NCBI GenBank assembly: GCA_964270895.1
Contig: OZ185453.1
Direction: 5' to 3' (one strand)
Source of the DNA: Podarcis filfolensis
Taxonomy: Eukaryota
Length of the DNA: 64,000 nucleotides
A program made the translations under genes and the position numbers. The notes below the pieces were generated by a model, which ran no database searches, was not told where the DNA came from, and saw only the letters and a program-made list of their open reading frames with translations. Positions 12,262-50,560 of the stretch are shown piece by piece (position 1 is the stretch's first letter; every line of letters begins with the position of its first letter).

Positions 12262-12494
12262 CAGTGGTACCTCGGGTTAAGTACTTAATTCGTTCCGGAG
12301 GTCCGTACTTAACCTGAAACTGTTCTTAATCTGAAGCACAACTTTAGCTAATGGGGCCTCCTGCTGCCGCCGGAGTGCGATTTCTGTTCTCATCCTGAAG
12401 CAAAGTTCTTAACCTGAAGCACTATTCTGGGTTAGTGGAGCATGTAACCTGAAGCGCATGTAACCTGAAGCGTATGTAACCTGAGGTACCACTG
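12262..12494. mobile_element. Tc1/mariner (Tigger/pogo-like) MITE
   Basis: TA|cagtggtacctcgggttaag ... ctgaggtaccactg|TA. Confidence 0.85.
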
Positions 12495-13353
12495 TATATA
12501 TGTCAGCAACTTTCCCCCAGTTCAGGGCGAGCATTTAGTTTTAAACACAGGATTGACTGTTAATGTATTTGTTGTTGTTGTTCTAGATTAGGAAGAACAC
12601 CACAGAACCCACTGTGTATCACATTGGTTTTGCTTTATTCGTAGCAATGATTGGATTTGGATTGCATTCCTATGTCTGCTGAGAGTAAGCGCAACTGCAC
12701 TCAAAGGGACCGATTTCTGAGCAGACATATATCGAACTGTGCTATGAATCAGATGCAACTTCTTGTCATGCACTTTCAGTCTTCAAAATGCTCTGATTCC
12801 CACTTGCTCAACGTTATATCCAAATCTACATTTATTGGGGGGGGGGAAGCAAGTGTTGCTTATTTGCATGAAATGCTCCTCACACTGCTACCTTCCTAAA
12901 ATAGCATACTATGGCCACAAAACATATATGTACTCCCCCCCCCAATATACTGCGCGTCGTGTTTGCTACAGAAACAAGCAAACCAGGCGGCTCCCTGCCT
13001 GAGCAAGCAAGTGTAGGAGGGGAGGATAGTCACAAATGCAGCTAATTGTGGATACAACATTTCCCGCTCCACATCCCCCCCCCAAAAAAAACCCTGCCGG
13101 CGACTTTACGCAAGGGAGACAGCATCGAGGGACCCTTTATCAGTACAGTGGTATTATTTAAACGGAAACACGCCGCTTGCAGTCCTGGCCACCCCTACCT
13201 GAGCTTAAGCTTCCTTGAACGCACTTACTTCCGTGTAAGGCTTGGGGGGGGCGGTGTCGGGAACTGAACTTTTATTTAGGAAAGATTTAAGGGGCTGCAG
13301 CGCACCCCCTCTGCGTATTTACACGGAAGCAAATCCGTTCCCGGGGGCTTATT

Positions 13354-13372
13354 CTCACCTGCGCATGCACAG
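13354..13372 (-). other. TMEM187: Candidate splice donor of the non-coding first exon of TMEM187
   Basis: Minus-strand GCAG|GTGAGA with GT at 13358-13357, at the edge of the CpG island. A matching acceptor ccttttttgtgctgttag|tag| lies at 4997/4994, upstream of the CDS. Human TMEM187 has the same non-coding exon 1 plus coding exon 2 layout. Confidence 0.45.
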
Positions 13373-13399
13373 GCTTGCAGCAGCAGAGGCCACGAGAGC

Positions 13400-39295
<25,896 letters not shown>

Positions 39296-40710
39296 AGGGC
39301 ATCCCCTGCTGTCCCCTCTTCCTGCCTGCTCCACAGCCTCCACCTGAACCCCCAGCCAGTCAGCCGCCCCTTTGTGTGGAGGAAGATGGAACCGCTGAAA
39401 GCACATTTCATACACCACGGGGCTGGACTCTTGGGGTGGAGGACACAGAGGCTCAAGTGAGGGAGCCCCAAGCAGGGGCCATCGCTGTGCCATGCCATGC
39501 TATGCCATGCCATGCCCCAGCCTAGGGAGGGGGAAGAAGGACTGGAGTTCCTCCCCTGCCCCCTGCTGCTGCCCCGTTTAACATGGACGCTGATGTTAGG
39601 GGTGGGTTTGGAGGGGGAAATTGTTATGGGGGGAGGGGGGCTGTTGGGTTTTTTACAAGTTGCAGTTACAGGAATGAAGTTCTTTTTGTATACCCCAGCA
39701 TCCTGTGTCTTGGGGGTGGGAGGGTTATTCTCCCTGCCTCCATTTCTTGCCTCTGTACAGACCCTCTCCCTCAGTTTAGTTTTTAGTGTCTGCGTTGGTA
39801 ATGGAGAGAGAGGAGTCTCTACTGTTTGGGAAGGGAGGGAGGGGCGGGAGGTGGTTGGACCACCAATGCAGCTACTTTTGGGGGTGGGTGGGGGGATGCA
39901 GCTCATTCTACAACAGCTGTTCAAATGCTCAGCCCAGGGCGCTTGTGGCTTCAACCCACCCCCTCTTCTCTACACATGCAGCAATTCCTCTAACAGCACA
40001 AGCTGATTTTTCCCTCTGCTCTTCCCTCTCCAGACCACAAGGCGGCATGTCTAGGCAAAAATGCTTAGCCATTCCTCTCCATCGTTTTATATAAAACCCT
40101 TTTTAGGGGGGAGGGGGAGACATTTTGGAGGGATGGAACCTGACCCCACAAGGTCAGGGTGATAAGCTAGGAACAAGACTGCTGGACAATACTTTTGCCT
40201 GTTGAAGTACAGCTTTCCCTCTGGCTGGGGCAGGGATCCAGGTTTCCTCCCACTCCAAAGGACTATGTACACCCCCTCCACTCGCTGCCTCTCTGGACAT
40301 TCCACAGAGGGGAAGGGAGAAGAGCAGTCAGGGCTTATTCTTCAGAGATGGTGGGGAATAGGCTATAAAATGAAAAGCAAACAGCTGCACTGACTGCTAT
40401 GTCCTACCTCTCCATTGTCAAAGAGATTTGGCAGGTAAAGCAGGCCCCCTCCAAAAAATAGCAAACAAACCCAGGAGCAGACCCCCTTCCCCACCAACTT
40501 GCTCTGTGCCCTGGTCTTTTGTATTATAATGTATTTCGCTGTGTCCCCTTCCTGTTCAGACCCTAAGATCCTTCCTGCCCTCCTCTCCTACCCCATTTAT
40601 TTTCCTTTGAGACAGGAACAGTCCTCCTAGGAGTTCCCCATGGCTGTCCACCCCTCCGCTCCCCCTCACCCTAGTGCTGCGTATCTGTCGTTTTTGTGCT
40701 ATTTTGAAGA

Positions 40711-40716
40711 ATTAAA
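40711..40716 (+). terminator. Candidate HCFC1 polyadenylation signal (ATTAAA)
   Basis: First AATAAA/ATTAAA-type hexamer I found after the stop, about 1.4 kb downstream, followed by a T-rich tract. Confidence 0.45.
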
Positions 40717-40889
40717 GACCTCCTTTTTTTGGAAACCAGGTTCTGTCTGTGAAACTAGATCTTTCCCTCATCCTCTTCTAGCACTAGGGCGTTTCTGGCT
40801 ACCTTTTGGGAGAAGATCCCTCTTACCCTCGTGGGAGGGCTGGGACACAAGTGTTTTCACCATTGAAAAGCACAATATTGGCATTCAGC

Positions 40890-40895
40890 TTTATT
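40890..40895 (-). terminator. Candidate polyadenylation signal of the RAB7-like gene
   Basis: tttatt on + = AATAAA on -, about 240 nt past the stop. Confidence 0.5.
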
Positions 40896-41131
40896 TCCAT
40901 GTGCTTGGGAAGAGTAGCCTGGGATATGATCCAGCTCTCCCAAGTGCTAGGCTGTGTCATCCAGAGAACAAAGGTCTGCCTTGGGATCCAGCTCCAGAAG
41001 CTGTGTGCTGCAGCCTTGCCAAATGTCCTTGGGGCTGTTCTGTGGGGTTGCACTTTCACCCTTCGGGATTGCAGAGCATGAAGAGCCCACCCCTTAGACA
41101 GAAGGAATCTCCCCATCTGTATTTGGTCAGA

Positions 41132-44100
41132 TCAGCAGCTACACCTCTCTCTGGTTGCCCCTTCTGGTGGCCTGGTCTCCAGGTGAACTGAGTCCGGTTG
41201 TGGCTCTTCAGGTACCCTCCGCTGAGGTGAAACAAAAAGAAAAGTGGTGAGGGGGCAAGTGGTTGATGCAGATGGGCAGAGGGCATGAGATGCAGGCTGT
41301 TGGGAAGGACTTTGTCTTATAAGAAAGTTGAAAGCTGGGAGAGGTGTTTTTGTTTTTAGGGATAAAAGCAATCACAAAGGTATGTGGTCTGTCGGGGCCT
41401 TATAAGGGCAGGGCTGAAAATGAGGTTTCTTACATTCTTTAGTACGGCCCGTATGGCCCACTCAAACACCTCCTGCACGTTGGTGGCTTCCTTGGCGCTG
41501 GTTTCAAAGTATTTGGCTTCATGAAGCTTGCTCCACATTTCTGCTTCCTCAGAAGACACCTGGACAAAAACAGGGCTTGGGCATACTCTGCTCTCTTCCC
41601 AATTCCATCTGCAGCTCTTAATCAAAAAGCTTGTGGTCTTTTTAGTGTACATAATGAGAGCAAATCTTTAAGATAATATAATTCTTCCCCAGATACCAAA
41701 TTCTACATCTCTGCTCGACAATTATGCCAAAGTCCTCTGGTGAAGCTGTTCATTAGGATACAATATTCCCTGAACTTTCTGTCCACTCCCCGTCTCCTTG
41801 AGTCGTTGCAAAGAGTTCTTACAGCCCCCTAACAGAACCCCTAAAGAGTTCTGACCCCTAACTACTCCAACCCAATATGTCTGAGAGCCATACAGGATGT
41901 GGACTTGTGCCCTGCGCATGGCTTCATATGGAGCCCTACCCAGTGGCAGACTTTGGGCTTTAAAATTTCAGCAGTGCACTGTGCAATGCCAAAATCTGGA
42001 GGGTGGGGGTGGCGCCTCTCGCCTTCCGCTGTTTGCTATTGTTGCAGGGCCCCCTTAGCTTGGCAGCCAGTGTGGGTGAACCAGTGGCACTCCCCTAAAT
42101 CCACCTCTGCCCCACCTCACGGTTCTCCAGGTCCATCTTGTTCCCAATGACAGCAGTGGGGAAAGTGGGCTCTTCCTCTGGCTCAATCTGCAACAGGAGC
42201 TGCTTGTGCCACTTCTCCAGGGCTTGGAAAGAGCTGACGGATGTGACATCGAAGACGAGAAGGCAGCAGTCTGACCCCCGGTAGAGGGCAGTCCCCAGTG
42301 CTTGGAACCTTTCTGTACCAGCTGTGTCCCAAATCTAGGTGCAAGAAGGGATAGAAGCTGAGACCTTGATTTCAAGACATCCCTGGGTCCTTGGTGACTT
42401 GCCTCCATTAATCTTGGTTCTCACAAAGGTTAGCAAGCATAGGTTTTGTCGTCTGGGGGCATCAGGGGATACCATGCCAAATGATGGTGTGGACTAGAGT
42501 CTCTTGTTTCTTTATTCAATTGATGTTCTGGATTCTTCCACCATGTTTGACCAGGGTTGAGTGGCTGCCACAATTCTGCCAACAGCGAACTAATCTACAC
42601 ATCAGAATGTATATAATACCAAATGGCTATAAAGAGATGGAGAGCTGAAGGGGAGCAGCTTTCTTGAACCCCATCTCCCCAGCTACATTGCTGGGAGTGC
42701 AGAAGAATGATCCATACTTATACATTTCAGGTGCCAGCTGCCCATTGTGACTGGCACCCAGAAAACGAGTGCTGTGGTGTGCTGTTTTGCCATAAAAGTT
42801 GGCAATCTTGGATTAAACCAGCAGCCAGAAAAAGTACTGAATTAGATGGGGACTGCAGCCCTGTCATGTTGAATGTTGCTTCCTATGATTAGTGGAAACT
42901 GACAATTGTGCAAAATGAGAAACCACAGGAATATGCTTCCCACAAGCTGCTGAATTCAGCTTTGTCACAGAACTTGGGTCTGCGTGGTGCAGTACTGTAC
43001 ACGGACACGACTACTTTGCTATATGGGTTAGAAGCCTTTTCTCAAGCCAAATTGGCTGCTAGCATTGTAAAGGATCTTTGGGGTGGGGGGGGGCCTATCT
43101 TGGTACATGCACTTTGATCAGGAGTGTTTGCTGTAAAGGTGCCTTTTCTGCCATGCTCTTGATTTTTTTTTCTTTTGCTTTTTTGAATGGATGGTGTTTA
43201 ATTTTGCCCTGTTGGTATGGCACTGGCCATCATTATTGTCTATGAATTGATAAAACTTTGCATGGAACAATTGATAACATGATCCCAAAGAATGATCTGA
43301 ACACATGTGGTGTAAATTCTTCTCAGCTTGAGGCTAACCTGGTCTAGCTTTGTAAGTTTTTGCATAGATAGAAGATCACTTTGGAAGCCATATGGTAAGC
43401 TCCTTACAGGAAGGGCCAAGTGTAGGTGCGTTTCGTTGACCTTGCAGCCCAAGGGAGAATTGTGTTAGTTCATGAGAGTTGGGCCACTGCATATTTGGGA
43501 CTGCAGCAATATTGGAATTTCAGTTTTTTAGTTGTGCATATTGCTTCTGTACAAATCGGGGAACAAGAAATGGAAATAAGAATTCAGCATTGTCATTAAC
43601 ATTAATTCTAGAAGGGAAAGGGTGTTTGCTTTAACTAAGAACTGATTTTTAGCAAATAGCTAGAGTCCACGTTGTAATATGCTCGTGGCACCGCCCCCCC
43701 CCCCCCCGGGGCATGTCTCATGGTGACAGGCTTTAGTCCACAAATGCCTGTATCTTATTGACTCTCTTAAGGCTGCCACAATAAAGCTAAAACAAGGCAC
43801 TTGTAACGAAACATAGCAGATTTGGGGTGCTCATACTGAGGGGGCCAGAGGACCCCTTTTCTAGAACATTCTGTTCCATTTTCCTGTATTTTATTTGCCA
43901 CCACAATTGTCACTGAGCACAATCGTCAATCCACTTGCCCATTTTAGATTCTCTTCCTTACACACAAACCTTTAAATATTTTCCTGAAATAGGTGCTTGT
44001 ACAGAAATTGGATCCCTGCTACTGCTCCCTCCATCTTGTGCATGAAGGGTGCCATTCTGTCCACATAAGGCACATATAGGATAATTTTAGACCTGGCGTG

Positions 44101-46523
44101 GGGAACTTGTGGCCTCCAGGTGGTGTTAAGGCTCCCTCCAGTCTCAGCCAGCATGGCCAATGGCTTAGGGATTATGGGAGCTGGAAATGGAGTAGGTTGC
44201 TAAAATTGCCCTAGGCTGGAGCACAGGGTTTTTTTAATGGGTAACATGGGATGAGCTTACGGGGCGATCTTTGCCCAACAGTGAGCCTCTGCTGAGCCTA
44301 CCTGCACGGTCAGTTTGCGTCCATCAATGTTTACTTCCTTGCTGAGGAAATCTGCTCCAATGGTGGCTCTGTAGCGACTGCTGAAGCGGTTGTTAACATA
44401 CTGGTTCATCAGGGCAGATTTGCCCGCCCTGCGGGGAACGGAGAAGGGTTGACATTTTAAATTTGGAGGTCTAGTCGGTAACCTCCCCCCCACCCCGCCG
44501 CCTCATCAACCAGCACAGGGCTGCAGAGGTGGAGCTGATTCTCTGCTCCTGAACGGCCTCTTGCACACATGCACACAGCCTTGTGATAAAGCCTTTTTGG
44601 TGGCAGCAGTGGGGAATCCCACGGTAAGATGGCGAAGGCCTTTTGAGTAGCAGTCACTGGGGCACAGCAGCAGGACGGGAAGGTCTGGTGATTTGCTTGT
44701 CGCCTTCTGAGGAATATCTAGTTGGCTACTGTAGGAAACACGCTGCGTGAGGCTCAGTTGGCCTTTTGAGTACAAAGGTTTGAAAAAGGCATAAGGAATG
44801 CCTGATGCAACTCCAAAGGCAGAATAAGTCATCTTGGTAAAACATGCTTAAAATCAAACAATGGCAAAAGCATATCTTGCATCAAAATGCTTTGGCATTG
44901 CATGTACAAATTCTCCAGAAGCCTTTTCTGATGGTGCCCTTTTTTTACTTGGGTCACTTTTGTACAAAGCTTTGTGTTTGACTGATTTTTGTCTTAATCA
45001 TTTCAAACAACTGACATGGTTTCAAAATGATACTCAGTGCTTTGCATGCACTGTGTCTGGCAGTGTTTGAGCCCTACTCTTCTTGTATGTTTTTCTTCAC
45101 ATTTGGTAGATAAAGGTTAAACCTAACTATTTTACTTTTTGGCATAAAAGGTAAATGAGAAATCTTAAATCCTCATTGCATTGGACAGTTGTATGCATTC
45201 ATAATATCTTAAACACATACTAAGGCCCCTTTTGAGTTTAGATACAGATAATGGAAATAACCAAATTATTTTACTCAATACATAAAAACTACACTATGTT
45301 TAAATAATGGTTATAAAAAGTTGAAGGTGAGTGTTAATTATAATTATACAGTAAGGTTTATTACTACACTGCCATAAAGCTGTGGTTACTTAATAAATTA
45401 GTTGCAACAGCAGCTGCTACCAGGCTCTTCAGAGTCAGGTTGATGGGGGAAGGTTAAGCAAGCACATTTTTCTGAGTATTTTGATGTACAGGTGTTTTTG
45501 TTAACACTTGTGAAGTTATGCTAATTTTCCAAGCATGCTGGACTAGAGGGGAAGCTGAATAAAAATGCAGTAAGTTCTCATGTTCCATTTAGCTCCCCAT
45601 GACTAGCAAATGCAGACTTGCAGCTTGACCCTGCACCTGTCTACTCAGAGGTAAATCCCACTGAGTTCAAGAGGGTTGTACTCCTGCAGTCTAAATTATG
45701 CAACATATTTAAAATGGCAAAATAATGTGAAGAGAACAAATCACAGTTGTGCATAAAACATACAGGCTGCAGGTTTTTCTTTTCTTAAAAAGCACCTTTT
45801 TATTGCATCGATGCTCTCCGGGTTCAGGCAATGGTAATACCACTGTGTCCATAGGATAATAGTCACTTGACTTGGCCTCTAGTTATTTGGTGTTGCCTCT
45901 TCCATCTGCTTTAATTCTGGGAACAAACAGCTGGTCTAATACAGCTGCGCCCCACAAAATTGTCCTGTTCTCAGCTGCCTGTGGTACACACGTGGTCCCA
46001 CTTGCTGCAGGTACTTTAAAGGACTTTGAAGGAGGTGGGACAGGAGAGCGGCGTGCAGCGCGCCGGGATCTCGCTGCCCGTGCGAAGCAGAGACTTAGTA
46101 GGCGCTCGGGGAGCGAATCAAGAAGACTTCTTCAAGTGGGCGCCTCGCTTCCCAGCCTGGGCTACAGAGGATACCGCGAGGATGGTTGCGGAGGCAGCAG
46201 AGCCTCGCGGAAGTTTCTCCCCGCGCGCGTTGACCGGGCTGCACCGGACGGGCTGCACCTGCCCCTGCCCCTCGCGGCGCCGCCCCCTCCGCCCCGTCCA
46301 CCTGCCGCCTTAACCCCTCGGCTGCCAAACGGGGACAGGATCCCCGGAAGCCTTCCTCTTCCCGCCAGCCGGGAGCCCCGACACCCGCTTAGCCGCCGGA
46401 GCCCGGCCGGGGGGCGAGGAGGGGCCAGCTCTCCCGGCGGGCCTGCCTTCCCCATCCAGGCGCCCCTTGTGCTTACCCGGAATTGCCGATCAGCAGGATC
46501 TTGAGGTGGGAACGTCTGAACAT
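41132..46523 (-). CDS. RAB7A-like small GTPase (divergent Rab7 paralogue), 5 coding exons, 202 aa
   Basis: complement(join(41132-41221,41434-41559,42116-42334,44302-44428,46477-46523)). Exon sizes 47/127/219/126/90 have the RAB7A phases (RAB7A exons 127 and 219 are identical in size). Protein: [202 protein letters not shown]. Open frame, canonical splice sites, CXC prenylation motif. Confidence 0.9.
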
Positions 46524-46950
46524 GGGGCGTCTGCGCCAGAACCTGCGGAGAGACGGGCGGGTGAGGGCGGCGGCGGCGGCGGAGCAGCAGCCCTACGGGA
46601 GCAGCTCTGGAGCGGGAGCCTCCGTCGAGACCCCCCCGCGGCCAGGCGTGTGGGGGTCCCCTGCTCAGTCCGCGGGGCGGGCGCCCGGACCTCGGCCCCG
46701 AAGCCCGGCCCCGGCCGTGCGCCCCCCCGAGCCACCTCGGCGCGGCACAGCCTCCCTCAAACTGCCTCCGAAGAAGGAAGGGCGCTGCTTGGGGCTCCTG
46801 GCAGCTGCTGGCTCTCGCCCTCCTGGCCGGCGCGCCTTCCTGCCGGGCTTCTCGGCGCCGGGGAGGAGGAAGGGCGCGGGGCTGCGCCTTCCGGCCACGC
46901 TTTCAGGTGAGGCCGGTGGGATCCGGCTTGTGCCCAGGCGAAGCAAGGAT
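46040..46950. promoter_or_regulatory. CpG island over the RAB7-like first exon and promoter
   Basis: Very high CpG density with GC boxes around the ATG at 46523. Confidence 0.75.
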
Positions 46951-49549
46951 CGTGATGGAGAATCTCATGTCATAGTTAAGTCAATCTTAATGCTTATTAA
47001 GATCTACAGAAATAAACCATAGAAATCAGATCAGATTCACACACCTGTTCACAGGTGCTATTATCCTCACAACAGTTCTGCGGAGATTGGTGCTGGGCGC
47101 TTCCAGGAAACGTCGCCCTTGACCCTTAACCTAGTCTTGGAACCATGGGGGGGGGGGACGGGCATGCAGGGTCCGCATCGTGGGGCATCTGCTGAGGCCC
47201 ACAGCCCTCCCTGCAGGGCCCTCCCACCCCACTGCAACCCCCTGCTTTGCTGCCCCTCTTTGCCACCCCTTCACCAGCAATCGGAGGGAGTGGCGGCCTG
47301 GCCCGGGTCCAGAAGGGAAGGCGAAGTGAGCAGGCGGCAGCTGCACAGGAGGGGGGAGAGGAAGCCCAAGGTGCACCCCCCCCGGCTGTGCTCATCCAAG
47401 CGGTGGGAGAAATAAAAGGCACCCTGCCCATGCTCAGATACAAGCACATACGGGTTTTAACAAACCATTCCGCGAGTGCTGTGAGCAGGTTCTGCTGCTG
47501 GCACAAACTAAGTCTTCTTCAGCCCTTAGCGAGTGCCTGCCAACTCTCTTGTTGGGCAGCCCTTTCCCTTCCTGTCTGATTCTGAAACTGCATTCGTATA
47601 TTCCTTCATTTTCATTTCATATAATAAACCAAGCTTTGTTAATGTGTGTCTCAAGACTCTTAATGTACAGCTATTTGTTTGCCTCTAAAAAATATTGGGT
47701 TGCCCATCTGGCATTTAAGAGGTCTTTAGGATCGCCAGCTCAGGACAAAATTAAATATTAGGTGTCAGGAGTTTTATTTAAGCAGGGATAGAGGCAAACA
47801 CATATTCGTAAATGGGTACACATTATAACTCTAGCAAAAGATTCTAAATCTTGGGGGGGGTATGAATACATGTGAGTGCTGGACATGCATGTGAATTCAG
47901 ACATATACTGTAACACAGTCTGGAATGCCATATTAATACCTGTTTTTGATGTGTGAGGAATGCCTTGAGAAGCACTGACCCTGGAAACCTAGCTTGGCTC
48001 AGTTCTGGAACAATCCGAGGTTGCCCCACCCCCACCCCACAACCTTCTGCCAATGCTGTGTATTCTCCTCACTACTAGGTAGCTAAATGTGCTTCTGTAC
48101 ACCTGGAATGTGGGGAAAGGTTGAATCTTAGAAGAACAATATGTGCATTGTTATATAATTAAGGTTAAGTGTAGAAAGGCCATGGAGCTTTATAAAGCAT
48201 TACATATGGGAAAACCCAGGGACCAGGCAGGCCCTGCCTCACAGAATTTGCAAACTACATTTTGATCGTAGGGGAGACCACAGAGGAACAGTTAAGGATG
48301 CTCTAACTACTTTCAATGTGTCCTACACACAAGAACTTCCCAGATAATTGTGCACCGTATTAGTTAGTGTGTGATGGTTATTTGGTGCTGTTTAAGGCAC
48401 ACAAATGTGTCTTGTGTGCACCATCATGTGTGACAAATGTGCATGGATCTATTTTGCCACATGTGCACATTCATCCAGTGAACGGGGCAGAGGATAGTGA
48501 GTGACCTCCCTTGCACCACAGCACGTGTACAAGCCTGCATGGGAACATAGATGGGGGGGGGGGGATATCTTGGTAGACCACCTGCCTTTCCTTGGATGTC
48601 CAAATGCAAAGGAAGTAGGGTGAACAGAAAGGAGGACCGCTATTCCTTCACCTTTAATTGTTGTGCAGGTAATTTCAGCCAGAGCAGCTTGTTGTGTAAG
48701 CTACATCTGCTGCATTTCCCTTTTCTGCACCACTGTTAAAAGAAGCTGGAGCCACAGGCACCGGTTCCACCCAACTTGGTGGGGGGCAGAGCAAGCACAT
48801 GACATCATGTGCACAACATGCACATGTGATGTCACACAACGGGAGGAGGCCACAAGGCCCAGTGCAGCTACAGACAGGCTGGGTGAGGCCCTTCGTAGGC
48901 CACAGAATATTGAGAGTCTGGCCCCTCTGAAAATTTGGGGGGAGGGCTTCAGCCCCCCCAGATGGTGCCCCTGGCAGGAACCCAGTCCTCTTTTTACACG
49001 GCCTCCTCATGGGAAGACAAGCCTCTTGCATCTTTAAAAGTTGCATAAAAGAAGGGGGGGCCTGGTGGGGCAGTTTGTCCTGCTGCGGGGCTGAGAAAAG
49101 CTCAGTCTGCATTCTTTTTATTTGCACAATTGCCTTACCTGACACATGTCCAATAGACCACTTTTATTTGTAGAACTGGCACTGTGGCAGGTGCTACATA
49201 ATACTCATTCCACAGTTGAAAGAAAAATCAGTATTTTAGTGCGGCAGCAACTACACTTTGGAACTCCCTGCCTGTTGCCTATTGATAACAGGCAGCCGCC
49301 TTTACTGCACTTTTTTCAGTACCTGCTAAAAACATTTTTGCTTTGGGAAAGCCTATCTAGACATGTAGAAGTTACATGTTTTGATATTTTGTTGCTGATA
49401 ATTTTAATCACCTGCTTATCCTTCTTTGTTTTTATTGATACTTTTAATGTTTTTAAAACTGCTTAGAGGTTTGACTGCAATCAAGTGTTATATAAATGCT
49501 GTTAAGTAAAATAACAGCAACTAAATTCCTGCTTTCAGCTAAGTGTTAA

Positions 49550-50560
49550 AGACACGCGAGGCCTCCTTCGCATGGAGTCGCCCCCCAGCTCCGAAACGTG
49601 GCTCTGAAGTAAGTAGGAGAGAGCAGGGGGTCCCTCCCCACCTCCCCCAGATTGGCAGCAAGATTATTTGGATGCCTCGGCACCTTGCTGTGGTATATAT
49701 TTGAAACGAGCCATGTGGTCCTAGAGGGAAAGCACACGCACCGCCCTCTCTCTCCAGAGCTCACCTGGGACGGGGGCGGCAGCTGATGGGTTTTGCTGCC
49801 AAGGGGGATTCCTCCCCTGACGTACGAGCGGGGCATCCTAATAGCGGTGACATCACGCAGCCGCCTTTGGGGTCGTCCCTGCTCCCCGTCGCCCCTCGGC
49901 CCTTCCGCTCAGCAGTCCCTCAGGAGGCAGCGGGGAGCCACCCGAGTCAGGAAGGCTTCCTGGGAGCGTTTAAATGCTTTGTGCCTCATTGCTGCCCTTT
50001 TCTTGTCACGATCACTGTTCTGGGATTCCTGCTGCCGATCTCTGGGCCGGATCACGGCAGATGTAGGGTTAACAAATGGAAACAGAGGAAAAGGAACAAA
50101 TCAGGGTCTTCGCCCCCCCACGTGGGGAAAGGGTGGGGCTAGTGTCAGGTGACTTGGGCAAATCATATGACCAGCAGTTCCCTACTTTGTAAATTTTTAA
50201 GTTTTGGGGGGTGGGCGTTGTACGTGGTTTTATGCTAGTTTCCCGCGGACAGCGGCAGCGCGTTTCGGGACTCTCCCCTCCCCTCTCGGGGTCGGATCCT
50301 GGGACGGGCTGACTCTGCTGATCCAGAAACACCTTCGCGCCCCTACAGGGATCGCCGCTGGAGGAAGCAGCGAGGATGGAGTTGGCGTCGCTCTTGAGCT
50401 GGCATGGACGCATCTCCCGAGAGCTGGACGCCGTGGTGGATTTCTGGCTTCAGCATTCGCACGACGAGGAATACGGGTGATGGATCGCTGCCTGTCTATT
50501 CATCTAGGCCCCCCCCCCGTCGCCCCAGGGCCAGCCAGCGTGGGTTGTGGCTGAGGGGGC
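49550..50560. promoter_or_regulatory. CpG-rich RENBP promoter / 5' region
   Basis: CpG-rich segment ending at the first coding exon. An acceptor-like cgcgcccctacag| at 50348 just upstream of the ATG suggests a 5' non-coding exon. Confidence 0.5.

Noticed and set aside
41132-46523. Naming the Rab gene RAB7A, RAB7B or RAB9
   Set aside because: Too divergent for the near-invariant RAB7A, lacks RAB7B signatures, and RAB9 has a different switch I and gene structure. Symbol left blank.
45872-47022. 210-aa and 179-aa ORFs over the Rab7-like CpG island
   Set aside because: GC-composition artefacts; only 46477-46523 (-) fits a spliced homologous protein.
47119-49470. Short ORFs between the Rab7-like gene and RENBP as a hidden gene
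   Set aside because: No consistent exon chain or recognisable protein; the region contains MITE-like remnants.
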